NCBI GenBank assembly: GCA_946965045.2
Contig: OX337231.1
Span: forward strand, 2,294,001 to 2,358,000
DNA length: 64,000 nucleotides
Direction: 5' to 3'
Source of the DNA: Epithemia pelagica
Lineage: Eukaryota; Protista; Bacillariophyta
Made by a program: the position numbers and the translations under genes. Numbering within the stretch: position 1 is the first letter of the stretch; every line of letters starts with the position of its first letter. This document shows, one piece after another, positions 43,372-53,831 of the stretch. The notes beneath the pieces are model-generated. The model saw nothing but the letters and a program-made list of their open reading frames with translations, did no database searches and was not told the DNA's origin.

Positions 43372-43876
43372 GGTGAAGGTCGTAGACGAAGGAGGTACAA
43401 CAAAAATGAGGGTACGAAATACTCCCAAAATTGCTCGTACGCAAGAACTACCGGTCGGAATTCGGCATTTGGACCAGCTACTGAAAGCTTGTAACAAATG
43501 GAAGAATATGTATGAAGGAGTAATGACCAAATGGTTTGGTTGTTGAGTTACATTAACGACAAAGTCTCGATTTTCGGAATTGTCCTTATGGTCAATGGTT
43601 TTTGAATCACGAGTTGGGAGTCATCGCTTACGTGGGGAATCCTATAAGTGATCGGTGATTTTGTTAAGTAAAAATTTTAACCAAATGGTCAATGACCGGA
43701 GTAAAAAATTTGCCGAGTTAAGAGAAATGAGAGGAAGATTCTGGATTCTGGGGCTTGGGCGGGGCGCGCCCGCGCCGGTCGACGTGTAATAGCTGGTACG
43801 CGCGGGCGCAGCAGCGTCAAAAGGCAAAATAGACGGTATCGTTTTTTTGATATTCCTTCTTAGTATCTTTGCCATC

Positions 43877-45541
43877 ATGGTCGAATCGATCGATGTCTTG
43901 GAGAATGATTCGGCATTATCTTCCTATTCCCTTGACTATATGAAAACGATTTCGACCTTCTTGGCTTTCCTGTGGATGATTTTGTGTCTTGTCTGGATCT
44001 GCTCCAAGATACCTTCGTTCTCGCATACACACACGCAGCCTTGTTGGTTGGATGATCCTCGAGACCCCAGAGAGGATTCGGTGGAAGGTTGGACCAAACC
44101 TCTCCATGATTCTGGCAGAATCGAAAAAATGCCCTTTGTGGTCTTACAGGAACCTCAATGGAAATTGTTGCGAACCCTCATTTCGGAATATCGACGAGAC
44201 TATCAATCCACCCTCGAAACTCTAAGCAAGTCGTTGGAAATGGCTCTTTTGGTGGAAGGGAAAAGGGTACACAATCCAAACGGTCGAGATTACATTTCCA
44301 GTCAGATTCAAGATCGAATCCAGCGGTTGTCCGCATTATTTGAAGAGCAAGAGCGTTTGCTGGAAAACGAGATTCTTGTGCCATTTGACAGTACCTTGAC
44401 ACTCTCGGGTCCCCACAGCATCAAGTCCAAGGACGACACTGAACATGCTGCTACTGATTCCTTGAACGACGCCGACAGTTTAGGATACTTTATGAATATG
44501 GTTCGTGCCAGAACCGGACTGGCATTCCACAATGCGTCAACCATGCCGGTTTTGAATGGTACTACATCCACAGAGTTGGAGGACAACTATAACCCATCTG
44601 TTTCGTTGCGCAACACTGGCTTGGATGACGACGAAACCAGCGAGAATCTGAATACTGGTTCCACCACGAATACCACCACCAAGAAGAGTGCCCCAGCATC
44701 GTACGATTCGGCGGCACAGGTTGTGGCACATTTGGTTCGTGATTGGTCCGACTGGGGTGCTCCGATACGAAGTTCACTCTACGACTGGTGCCGCGATGCA
44801 CTTGCCCAATACAACGGCCATGCCACACAAACCGACTCTTTCCGGGCAACGACAAGGACAAAACAATCATCCGTGTTGGTTCCAGGTGCTGGTTTGGGTC
44901 GTTTGGCGTGGGAGTTGGCCGTATTGGATGGTCATGTCGTCCAAGCCGTGGAACCGTCCTTGGGAATGGCAGCGGCAGCTTCCTTTGTGTTGCAGCACAC
45001 ACCAAGGAAACCCGTGAAACTCTATCCCTACCTTCATGATGGATTCCAAAATCAAGTCCATTCGGATGATCGGTACGAGAGTGTCCTTGTGCCCGATACT
45101 GCAATAAATCGTTGGAGGAGGGAGACCAAAGCAAGCCATCAAACGTCGGGCAGTTTATCCTATACAGTTTCTACCTTTGAAGCCCTTCGCCTGATACCAG
45201 ACAACAAAGGAGCCTTTGACGTTGTAATTACCTGCTTCTTTCTGGATACCGCCACCAACCTTTATCAATATTTGGATGTGATGCGATATGTTCTCCCAAC
45301 CAATGGCCTATGGATCAATGTCGGCCCCTTGCAATGGCATGGCAATGCCTTGTTGCCAGGATTGGCCGCCAATGAACTACGTCACTTGTTGGAAGTCGAC
45401 TATACCGTTTTGCATTGGAGCGTCGATCAGAAGCCCATGGAATATCGCAATCCGACCGAAACCCTCAATCGTCGTCGGGTTTCCACAGCCTTTCAAGGAT
45501 ATTGTCCTTTGCGATTTGTCTTGCGCCGAACGAACCGTTGA
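43877..45541 (+). CDS. CARNMT1: Carnosine/protein-histidine N-methyltransferase-like (N2227 family) with N-terminal hydrophobic anchor
   Basis: HLVRDWS, VLVPGAGLGRLA, FDVVITCFFLDTA, GLWINVGPLQWH. Confidence 0.85.
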   Translation: MVESIDVLENDSALSSYSLDYMKTISTFLAFLWMILCLVWICSKIPSFSHTHTQPCWLDDPRDPREDSVEGWTKPLHDSGRIEKMPFVVLQEPQWKLLRTLISEYRRDYQSTLETLSKSLEMALLVEGKRVHNPNGRDYISSQIQDRIQRLSALFEEQERLLENEILVPFDSTLTLSGPHSIKSKDDTEHAATDSLNDADSLGYFMNMVRARTGLAFHNASTMPVLNGTTSTELEDNYNPSVSLRNTGLDDDETSENLNTGSTTNTTTKKSAPASYDSAAQVVAHLVRDWSDWGAPIRSSLYDWCRDALAQYNGHATQTDSFRATTRTKQSSVLVPGAGLGRLAWELAVLDGHVVQAVEPSLGMAAAASFVLQHTPRKPVKLYPYLHDGFQNQVHSDDRYESVLVPDTAINRWRRETKASHQTSGSLSYTVSTFEALRLIPDNKGAFDVVITCFFLDTATNLYQYLDVMRYVLPTNGLWINVGPLQWHGNALLPGLAANELRHLLEVDYTVLHWSVDQKPMEYRNPTETLNRRRVSTAFQGYCPLRFVLRRTNR

Positions 45542-45992
45542 TACAAGTCGATTTCAAGACGACAAGAACGAGAGATGGAAGGAACGCCTCCTCCAAGTCC
45601 GCTTCCGTTCACGCCATTACGACACTCTCGTCGGATGAACACGAGAGAGTGTCAATCCTAGGGTATCAACTACCATTCCTCAATGTTACGGGAAAGGCTG
45701 GTCCATGTCAGACATTTTGACATGTACGTGGATTCCATCCTATCAAAGTAGGTCTCACCTATGACGGCTACACCAACAGTCCTGTCCTTGTGAAGGAGTA
45801 GAACATCAACGGCGGTATTGAAGACGTTAGCTATTAGTCATCCAACCAGGTACAGTCCGTCTCTTTTCGCCTAGGACCAAGTCATTCTTGCCGAGCAAGA
45901 CATGACACAGGCGGAACTCCCCACAATCATATGATCTGTCAATCACGAGTGTGTGGTCTAAAATGGGTTTTACTAATAGGTAGTTCTCCTGT

Positions 45993-46456
45993 TTAATGGC
46001 CACCTTGACGGGCACGTTGTTGGTTGTACAAGTTCTTGATATCTTCACGCTTGGCCAAGGCACGTTTGTGCGAACCCAAACGACGCTTGGCAAATTTGTA
46101 GACACGCTTATCGGCCGAACTTCCACCCGTAATAATCATATCCCGAATACGACGTTCGTAGGGAGCAAAACCCGCCACTTCCCGGGCAATTTGTCGGCAC
46201 ATGTCGGTTCGCTTGGACAATTTCTGTAAACGAATGAAAAAAAGAGGAAAAGACAGTAAGAAACAATAGAGGAAAACCAATAGAGAAGAAATGATATACA
46301 TGGACACTCCACCAAGACGAAATGCAAGAGGGAAGGGATCGGAGCGGCAATTACACAGAGGCCTCCACTTACACCTTTGACGGGCCCCGCCTTTGGTTTT
46401 CTTTGATCTGTTACATGTCCTGAGCTAATGCCCTGTGCATATCCGGTTCGTGCCAT
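45993..46456 (-). CDS. RPL36: 60S ribosomal protein eL36 (2 exons)
   Basis: Exon 1 46456-46373, phase-0 intron 46372-46224 (GTAAGT..TTTACAG), exon 2 with REVAGFAPYERR and KRRLGSHKRA. Confidence 0.95.
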
Positions 46457-46933
46457 GATGACAATAGTATACTTCTCTCTCGCAAGAAGCAGGAACGAAA
46501 TCAACAACACAAAGTCTGTTGCGAGGTGTGCTGGGAGGACTCCGGGTTTACCTTTTACCGCTTTACTATTTTCTGTGTTTCGTGGTCTGTTGTGCGCTCC
46601 GTGCCCCTACCACCAACATCAAAGACGACGGCCCACACGGTTGTTTCTGTTGTCCTAATAACCTTGTCCTTTGATCCTGTGGTAAGAAGAAAGCCTCCGG
46701 AAGTGAAATTCAATTGAATTCTATCATCAATGTTGGCCATTTTATGTTTGAGATTCCGTTACGTGCTTTTGCTGTTCAAAAGTTGGGTGTCTAACCATCG
46801 CCTTCTCTCATTCTCTCGCCGTTTCCTTTTCTTTGTTGCATTTGCTGGCTCCTACAACAGAGGAAAGAGTGATATTTGCTCACACCGTCAGCTCTGTTTG
46901 ATTGTATTTGAAGAATATTGAATAAAAGTCATC
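46457..46933. promoter_or_regulatory. Putative bidirectional promoter region shared by RPL36 and RPL34
   Basis: Head-to-head ATGs 477 bp apart. A possible 5'-UTR intron on + spans 46682-46860 (GTAAGA..CTAAC..poly-Y..ACAG). Confidence 0.5.
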
Positions 46934-47278
46934 ATGCCGGACAATCGTTGGACGCGTCAAGGTGTACGCCATTCGTACAATACTCGCACCCACCAATTTA
47001 AACCGGTCCGAACACCGGGAGGCAAATTGGTGGGCCACCGCGTGTACAAAAAGACGAAAATCCCAAAGTGCTCCGATTGCTCGAAGCCTTTGCCTGGTAT
47101 CCGATCATATAAATTGTCGGAAATTCATCGTACCAAGAAGCGAGAACGAACCGTGAGCCGTGCCTATGGTGGAGCCGTCTGTCATTCCTGCCTCAAGCAA
47201 CGTATTGTAAGAGCCTTTTTGTTGGAAGAACAAAAGGCAGTGAAAAAGGTGTTGGCTGAACGATCTGGGAAGAAATAG
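46934..47278 (+). CDS. RPL34: 60S ribosomal protein eL34
   Basis: SYNT, RTPGGKL, PKCSDC, TVSRAYGG..C..C, RIVRAFLLEEQK. Confidence 0.95.
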   Translation: MPDNRWTRQGVRHSYNTRTHQFKPVRTPGGKLVGHRVYKKTKIPKCSDCSKPLPGIRSYKLSEIHRTKKRERTVSRAYGGAVCHSCLKQRIVRAFLLEEQKAVKKVLAERSGKK

Positions 47279-47986
47279 ACGCACAGTTTAAAATCGCAAC
47301 CTACCTACACAAACTCATCAGGTGGCCTATTGGGGTACATGGCTTCTGGAAAAGCCGTCCATCTATTCCTATCAAATCATGTCCCAGCATTTGTAGGAGT
47401 ATTTAGCCTCTGCACTTAACACTTTTCTAATCGACTTTTTGGATTCTCCACTGGCTGTAGAGCAGAGATGAAAGTTGATGGGAAACTGCCTGTAGGATCG
47501 TGAGCATGCACAGGTTTGTGAAAAGCTCACCTGTTCCCCGGTGCAAAACATCAATGTTTGTCATGTGCACAATCCAATGTTGCTTTATTGTTTTATCTCT
47601 CTCTCTCTAGATTGATCGCTATACTGCATTATCGCACTATCGCTCATCAAGTTTTCCTAGCGTGACAGAGAGAGATCCAAAGAGACAGTCCACGCCAAGT
47701 TCACCTTTGATGGGTGGAACAGGAGTGAGTCCTTGAGTGTCGTCAAGGGACGTTCGACTCGCAGGTTATGATTGTGTATCCTCCGTTTCTTGTTCTATTG
47801 CCTTCTCGTTCGTCATAGTTTCAAATTTCGACCGAGTGGCAGGAAATAACGAGAAAGACCATAGTCCATGCCAGAGGGGGGAACCTGAGGGTGAACCTGG
47901 AATGCGTCTTTGATTGTACATAGACATTGCACTCCCACACAATAATCACACATGTTCTTGTGCTTCTTGTCTAGGTAGGATATTCC

Positions 47987-49822
47987 TCATCCTCCAATCA
48001 AGGTCATGGGTTGATTGGAATCGGCATGAGCCGCGACAGAGATGGGACTGGCATGTCCACCGAGTTTCCACTGCTTTTGTTGAAGGGCGGCATGGACCAC
48101 TTTGGACACTTCGTATTCCGTACATCCGGCCCGCAGGGCATCCCGCAAACTAAATTCCGTCGTCCCATCAAACAAACACACCTTGAGGGTCCCATCGGCT
48201 GTCAATCGCAATCGATTGCAACTCCCACAAAAGTGGTCCGTCATGCTCGTAATGAACCCAATGCGACCGGCTGTTGTCTTTGTCGTTGTCGTCGATGTCG
48301 TATCCCAGGGAGTCGTATACCATTTTGTGGTATCGCTTGGATCGTCCGAGGGCACGGGTGTCAAGTCAATGCCATGGTCGTGGGCCAAGGTGGTGAGCAA
48401 TTCTTGATACGGCACTAATTTGGTCGTATTCCATCCATTTTGGGTAAAGGGCATGTATTCAATAAATCGAATCGACGCGTGGGGAAAGGTGGTTTGGGTC
48501 AAGCGCACAAAATCGGCAATTTCACTGGTATTGACATGACGCATGACGACACAATTGAGTTTCAAGCCATGACCGGGTCGATTCGACAAGAGGTCGTGAC
48601 ACGCCTCCAAGGATTCCCACACCTTGGTCAAATAGCTTCCTGGTCGTCGTGTGAGGGTGGCAAATTTGTCGGCTTGCAAGGTATCCAAGGATACATTGAC
48701 ATGCGTCAAGCCGGCCTCCATCAAGGCTGGCAACTGCGAGGCCAAGACAAGGCCATTGGTCGTCATGCCAATGTGTCGCTTCGTCGTCTTGTTGTTGTTG
48801 TTGTTGTTGTACAAGGCGGCCAATCCGTGAACAATGTCCACCACATCGCGCCGCAACGTCGGTTCCCCACCCGTGAGACGAAATTTGGTCACCCCATGGT
48901 GGGCAAATGTGCCGGCCAAGTGCAAGAGTTCCGGCGTTTGCAGCAAGTGGTGTGGGGGTTGCAAGGGGACCCCGTGTTCGGGCATGCAATAGGTACACCG
49001 CAAATTGCATCGTTCCGTCAAGGACAAGCGTAGGTAGGTATGCCGACGATGAAACCGATCCGTGAGAACCATGGAATGCTGGTCGTCGTCCAAGTTGGTG
49101 TTGTTGGAGGGATGGGAAATGTCGGGCAATTGTTGAATCCAGCGACGCAATTCCTCCACTGTTTTGGGATTCGAAGGTGACGAAGATTTGGTCACTTCCT
49201 GGGTAGGTTTGGTGGGATGTAGTGTTGGTGGTGGAGGGGGAGGACTGCTTTGGGTCACGAGGGGCGGCGGCCGGGAGGTACTATTCTTGGGTGGTGGTCG
49301 TGCTTCGGTTTGTAACAAGTGCCGGAGTGCCCGCAATCGTGGTCTCGAGCGTTCTGTCTTTTTCCGTGCATCAACGGTGTTGGTGTCAGTTGTGCAAGTC
49401 CGGAACGGATTGGAATGGTCGTCGTCCCGGTCGTCATCCGGTTGGTCCTGTTCGGGTTCCGGAAGAATGGTTGCCACGGTGGAGAAGGACGCACACCCTT
49501 GGATTCGAGTAAAGGTTGATGTGGTTCCAACCACCAAGAGCCCGGAATGAAATAAGCGTTTCCATGGTCTCCAAGAACGACTGCTGTTTGGTGGAGCTCT
49601 GCTTGGTGGGCCGGAAGGATGAACCAACAAACGTGGTTGCAAGAATGGGTGTGGGAGGCGTCGCTGTTCCATCCGGGTACTACTGGAATCGTTTCCTGGA
49701 TACGACCCTCCCAAGGATCCTCCATGACAACGACGACACACCGTCTGCACCAGCCTCATGACGTCGTGGTGAAGTGGTGGGAGAATCCTCCTCCTGTTGC
49801 CACCAACCGAGGCACTCGCCAT
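47987..49822 (-). CDS. CNX2: GTP 3',8-cyclase (radical SAM, molybdenum cofactor biosynthesis; MoaA/CNX2/MOCS1A) with long N-terminal extension
   Basis: LTDRFHRRHTYLRLSLTERCNLRCTYCMP, RLTGGEPTLR, FCGSCNRLRLTADG, C-terminal MTLIGG. Start codon uncertain (49822 or 49759). Confidence 0.93.
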   Translation of the reverse strand: MASASVGGNRRRILPPLHHDVMRLVQTVCRRCHGGSLGGSYPGNDSSSTRMEQRRLPHPFLQPRLLVHPSGPPSRAPPNSSRSWRPWKRLFHSGLLVVGTTSTFTRIQGCASFSTVATILPEPEQDQPDDDRDDDHSNPFRTCTTDTNTVDARKKTERSRPRLRALRHLLQTEARPPPKNSTSRPPPLVTQSSPPPPPPTLHPTKPTQEVTKSSSPSNPKTVEELRRWIQQLPDISHPSNNTNLDDDQHSMVLTDRFHRRHTYLRLSLTERCNLRCTYCMPEHGVPLQPPHHLLQTPELLHLAGTFAHHGVTKFRLTGGEPTLRRDVVDIVHGLAALYNNNNNNKTTKRHIGMTTNGLVLASQLPALMEAGLTHVNVSLDTLQADKFATLTRRPGSYLTKVWESLEACHDLLSNRPGHGLKLNCVVMRHVNTSEIADFVRLTQTTFPHASIRFIEYMPFTQNGWNTTKLVPYQELLTTLAHDHGIDLTPVPSDDPSDTTKWYTTPWDTTSTTTTKTTAGRIGFITSMTDHFCGSCNRLRLTADGTLKVCLFDGTTEFSLRDALRAGCTEYEVSKVVHAALQQKQWKLGGHASPISVAAHADSNQPMTLIGG

Positions 49823-50275
49823 GCTCTCCAATCTGTGGTGATGATCCAAACACAAGCCCACTTCTCCCTCTCTCTTGTCGTTCTCGTAGAGCAGCAGTCT
49901 GTTGAAAAGATGAAGGATAGATAGCCCCAAAGAGGTCTTTTTTTAGGCCATGAGCCATGAACCACAAAGAATGTGTTGTTTGTCTCGAGAAACGCGACGT
50001 TTGTCGGAACGAAGCCATCTGTCCCCGGCACGCAACTTTTGCGCGATCGTACAAGGTCGCGCTTAGATCGCTCGCAGATCGAATGGCGTACGTGGGTGAC
50101 ATCTTTTTTCTCTCAAAACGGCAAAACAGATTTTTTGGATAGATCCAAGATCCAAGACAATCAGGACGGCGACGACAGCTTTGTGTGTCTACGATTGTAG
50201 TTTATGTCGAGAGGAAGAATGCCCCATCCGATTCGTTACTCCACCACCACCAAGACAACAACAACGAATAGAACA

Positions 50276-53200
50276 ATGGTGGTTGTGCTTGTCGTGGTGT
50301 GTTTGATCGTAACAACATGCCTGACAACTACGACACAGTACTACTGGACCACCACGGCCTTTGTCCTGGCTCCTCCGGTGGTCCATCCAAGGGGGCCGCA
50401 ACACACAATGTCATGGGGACGACGCCAACAAAGAACACGTAGTATCCATGAGTCCCTTGTGCTGTCAGCTCATTCACGACGTACCAAAGTTGTTCAAGTG
50501 TTGGACGAGGTGGGCAGTGGATCCTATGGGACGGTCCATACCGTACGACTGGTCCAACCAAACCACGGCAAACCCTCCCACAACAATCAAAACCATCCAA
50601 ACCAGAATGACGACAATGACGACGACGGCACGGTGTATATTGGAAAACGGGCCTGGACACTGCAAGAGTTGCAATACTTGTTGCCCCAACATGAGGAGGA
50701 TACCGAGTATTTGAAGGAAAAGAGTCGTCGCTGTCAATCCTACTTGGAGATTGAAGCCCATTGTTTTCAAAAGTTGCAGCAACAACCACAAAAGGAGGAG
50801 GAACCCCGGATCAATGTACCATATTTTCGGGGCACCTTTCGAGACGAAGAGAGCCGTGAATGGATGGTCTTTGACTTGATTGCCCAAACCACTCCGGATT
50901 CTTTTTCTCCCCAACCGGCCCTGTCACTGGCCGACGCCATGGAGATGGATCGACTCGCCAATCAAGAGCGTCCCTCGCAACGAATTCATTCGCTGTCGCA
51001 TGTGGCCCAGGCGTTGGGCCTGAATCATTCTTCCTTGGTCCTCGACGACGACAACGACGAGAAGGATGAGGATGATGCCGACTCGGTGGCGACGGCCGCC
51101 TCCCTCGTGGCCGAAACAGTCGTCGATGTCTTGTTGCCACAACTCTTGCAACTCCTTTCCCGGTTGCATGCGCACAAGATTGTCCATCGCGACATTAAAC
51201 CAGCCAATCTGCTCTTGTCCCCAACAGACGGCCACGTGTATTTGATTGATTTTGGATCGGCCGCCGATTTGGATACGGCCGGAGGTCTGCTGCGCAAAAA
51301 CATTGGCTTGTCGGAACGCGTGGCCATTTCTCCCATTTATGCCGCCCCCGAAATATTCATTAATGCCCAATACAAGAACTCGGCCCTGACCTTTGATTGT
51401 TTTTCCGTGGCCCTCCTCGTGTGTCAATTATTGTTTCAATACCTCGATGAACGGACCGATGCCGGTTTTCATCAACAATTCCAGGCGGCCGGTTGGAAGT
51501 TGAATACTTGGTTGGCAACCGAATTGGGTGGCACGGTCCGACCGGGTGGATTGGATGTCGCCCTTCAAGTCTTGGCGCAACGACCCGGATTGTGGACCTT
51601 GCTCCAAGACTTGTTGCAACCGGATCCCTGGGACCGAGTCACGGCGGCCACCGCCCTCCAACGATTGGAGAAATTGCACTGGAATCCACAACGACAATCA
51701 GAACCACCAGACGCCACTTTGGACGATGCGGTCGACTACTACCAACTAGTAGCCGAACGCGACGGAGAATTTTTGGCTCGTGTCTTGGAATCCATGGACT
51801 ATTGTCCCATTCCCGATACAACTCCTCTGGAGGAGGCAATCACCACCACGACCACCACAACCACCCTACCCTTGGTTCGACCCTTGCAATTTGTCGCCAC
51901 CTTTGAACGAGACCAATCGTTGGGCTTGTTGTTGGCCGAAGTCGATTCGGTCAATCCCGACACGGACTTTGAGACGGACCACGATCGTCGGGCCTGGCAG
52001 TTGGCGACGGCTCAGGCCGTACCCGGTCAAGTCTACGTGACGGGCGTTGTACCGGGTGGCCAAGCACAAGCCTTGGGCATTATGGAAATTGGTGATCGAC
52101 TCGATGGAGTGGGAGAATTGCCCGTGGCCGAACAAGGCTTTGAACATGTCGTACAAATGATTGTTCAGGCCAATACCGTTGTCTCACCCGATCCCAAACA
52201 TATTACCCTTCATTTTGTTCGACAACGATTGTCGCCCAATGCCGCGGCGGCGGCCGCAATGGTGCCATCCGAAGCGTCGTCGTCGTCGTTTGCGGCGGCG
52301 GCGACCTCCTTTCCGATCGAGACGACGGACAACGCTCCAGTGTATGAAAGTGATACGGCCGTGGCCACACTTTCCTCAGTCCTGACAGACAATAACCACC
52401 AACACACATTTGTGTCGGACAGTTTGGTGCAAGTGGTAGATCAAGCGGCCTGGTCGAGTCGAGGACGACGGCAATCGCAAGAAGACCGGTACATTTTGCA
52501 CGAAGTGGTCCTCGATCAATCCACGGTGCTCCTAGCCGGAGTCTTGGATGGACACTTGGGTACCGCCGCAGCCCAGACGGTTCAAGAACAACTTCCCATG
52601 ATGCTGACACAAGAACTCCTTCAACCATCCTCGTCCTCCTGGTCGTCGTCATTGTCGTCCAACCGTGATTGGGGCAACACGCAGCAATCCTCTTCTTCTC
52701 CTACGATTGAGACTGTGTTAGAGTCGGCCTGGCACAAGGTGTGTGACTTTTATCGGAGCGAATGTGGTTTGGACAATGGGGAATGCCGGGTGGCGGATTA
52801 CGACGCGGCCGAAGGTATTTTGGATGCCAATACCGGCTCGAGCCAAGTGGTGGCAGGGACGACGGCCAACCTGGTGGCCTTGGACAAGGCCACGGGACGC
52901 CTGGCCTTGTTGAATTGCGGAGATTCTCGAAGCGTCGTTCTGAATCAAAAGGGTGACATTGTTTTTGAATCGGTCGACCACAAACCATCACGAGAACTGG
53001 AACGGTTCAAGCAGCACATGAAGGACAATGAGGATTCGTTATACTCCATGCCTCGATGTTACTCATCCAGATGGTTTGTCGTTGTGGGAGATTATGAATA
53101 CAATCTGTCACGATCCTTGGAGGGACCCTTCGCCACAGCTCGTGGGATTATAAGTGAACCAACTGTTCACATGATTGCTGCCGAACCCGACATGACCATT

Positions 53201-53380
53201 GTCATTGCCACGGATGGCTTGTGGGAAGTCATGGATACAGCACAAGTCTCTCGGATTGTTCGAACCATGCGAAAGACGGACAAGAAGAGTGCGGGAGACA
53301 TTGCCAAAACCCTTTGTTCCATGGCTATTGAACAGGGATCCTTTGATAATGTCAGTGCTGTCATTATCTTTTTGGATTAA
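50276..53380 (+). CDS. Predicted plastid Ser/Thr kinase (STN7/STN8-like) - PDZ - PP2C phosphatase fusion
   Basis: Signal peptide ending TTA|FVLAP. Kinase: GSGSYG, HRDIKPAN, IDFGSAADL, SPIYAAPE. PDZ: SLGLLL..VYVTGVVPGGQA..GDRL. PP2C: RQSQED, LDGH, NCGDSR, ATDGLW, DNVS. Upstream ATG at 50204 is possible. Confidence 0.88.
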   Translation: MVVVLVVVCLIVTTCLTTTTQYYWTTTAFVLAPPVVHPRGPQHTMSWGRRQQRTRSIHESLVLSAHSRRTKVVQVLDEVGSGSYGTVHTVRLVQPNHGKPSHNNQNHPNQNDDNDDDGTVYIGKRAWTLQELQYLLPQHEEDTEYLKEKSRRCQSYLEIEAHCFQKLQQQPQKEEEPRINVPYFRGTFRDEESREWMVFDLIAQTTPDSFSPQPALSLADAMEMDRLANQERPSQRIHSLSHVAQALGLNHSSLVLDDDNDEKDEDDADSVATAASLVAETVVDVLLPQLLQLLSRLHAHKIVHRDIKPANLLLSPTDGHVYLIDFGSAADLDTAGGLLRKNIGLSERVAISPIYAAPEIFINAQYKNSALTFDCFSVALLVCQLLFQYLDERTDAGFHQQFQAAGWKLNTWLATELGGTVRPGGLDVALQVLAQRPGLWTLLQDLLQPDPWDRVTAATALQRLEKLHWNPQRQSEPPDATLDDAVDYYQLVAERDGEFLARVLESMDYCPIPDTTPLEEAITTTTTTTTLPLVRPLQFVATFERDQSLGLLLAEVDSVNPDTDFETDHDRRAWQLATAQAVPGQVYVTGVVPGGQAQALGIMEIGDRLDGVGELPVAEQGFEHVVQMIVQANTVVSPDPKHITLHFVRQRLSPNAAAAAAMVPSEASSSSFAAAATSFPIETTDNAPVYESDTAVATLSSVLTDNNHQHTFVSDSLVQVVDQAAWSSRGRRQSQEDRYILHEVVLDQSTVLLAGVLDGHLGTAAAQTVQEQLPMMLTQELLQPSSSSWSSSLSSNRDWGNTQQSSSSPTIETVLESAWHKVCDFYRSECGLDNGECRVADYDAAEGILDANTGSSQVVAGTTANLVALDKATGRLALLNCGDSRSVVLNQKGDIVFESVDHKPSRELERFKQHMKDNEDSLYSMPRCYSSRWFVVVGDYEYNLSRSLEGPFATARGIISEPTVHMIAAEPDMTIVIATDGLWEVMDTAQVSRIVRTMRKTDKKSAGDIAKTLCSMAIEQGSFDNVSAVIIFLD

Positions 53381-53831
53381 CTCATGCACCGAATTGGTAC
53401 AGCTACGCTAGAAAACTGCTGTTATATAGTACTGTTTTGTATTGTTATCAAGAGTCTCTTTCTCGTATCCGCTTTGGTAAGTTTCATTTCTCAAGCCTTC
53501 TTGGAATCAAGAGGCGGCATTCGATCTTCAGCTTTTCTGGTACAATTTCACGGTGACACAACAAGCACCTCTTTCGACAACACGAATTCCCACTGTCGAG
53601 TAGGGAAAGAGGACCATGGCACTGATTAACTCGACACTAATAGGCAATTTACATGTTGTAGTATAAAGAGAGTTGAGGAAACGGAAAGTTCGATGAGAAC
53701 AACCCCCAAACGTTGTCCTCAGCTTGGCATTCCCCCGGAATCCATAGCAAATGGATGACTTTGCTCGTACAGTACAATGAAAAACATAGAACAAGAAAGA
53801 AATATCAGCCCGGGATGGCGCAACCGCAGTC

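Larger units (their letters stand above)
39837..43717 (-). mobile_element. piggyBac-type DNA transposon (3,881 bp) with two convergent ORFs
   Basis: TTAA at 39833-36 and 43718-21, ends CTC...GAG. Shared inverted subterminal blocks CCGGTCATT (39870 / 43691-99) and ACTTAACAAAAT (39905-16 / 43658-69). Boundaries were inferred by eye. Confidence 0.75.

Noticed and set aside
43877-45541. Histidine methyltransferase near actin-modifying genes, as a possible actin His73 methylase
   Set aside because: Actin His73 is methylated by SETD3-type enzymes. This protein is N2227/CARNMT1-type.
46224-46860. snoRNAs in ribosomal-protein gene introns
   Set aside because: No convincing paired C/D or H/ACA boxes were found by eye.
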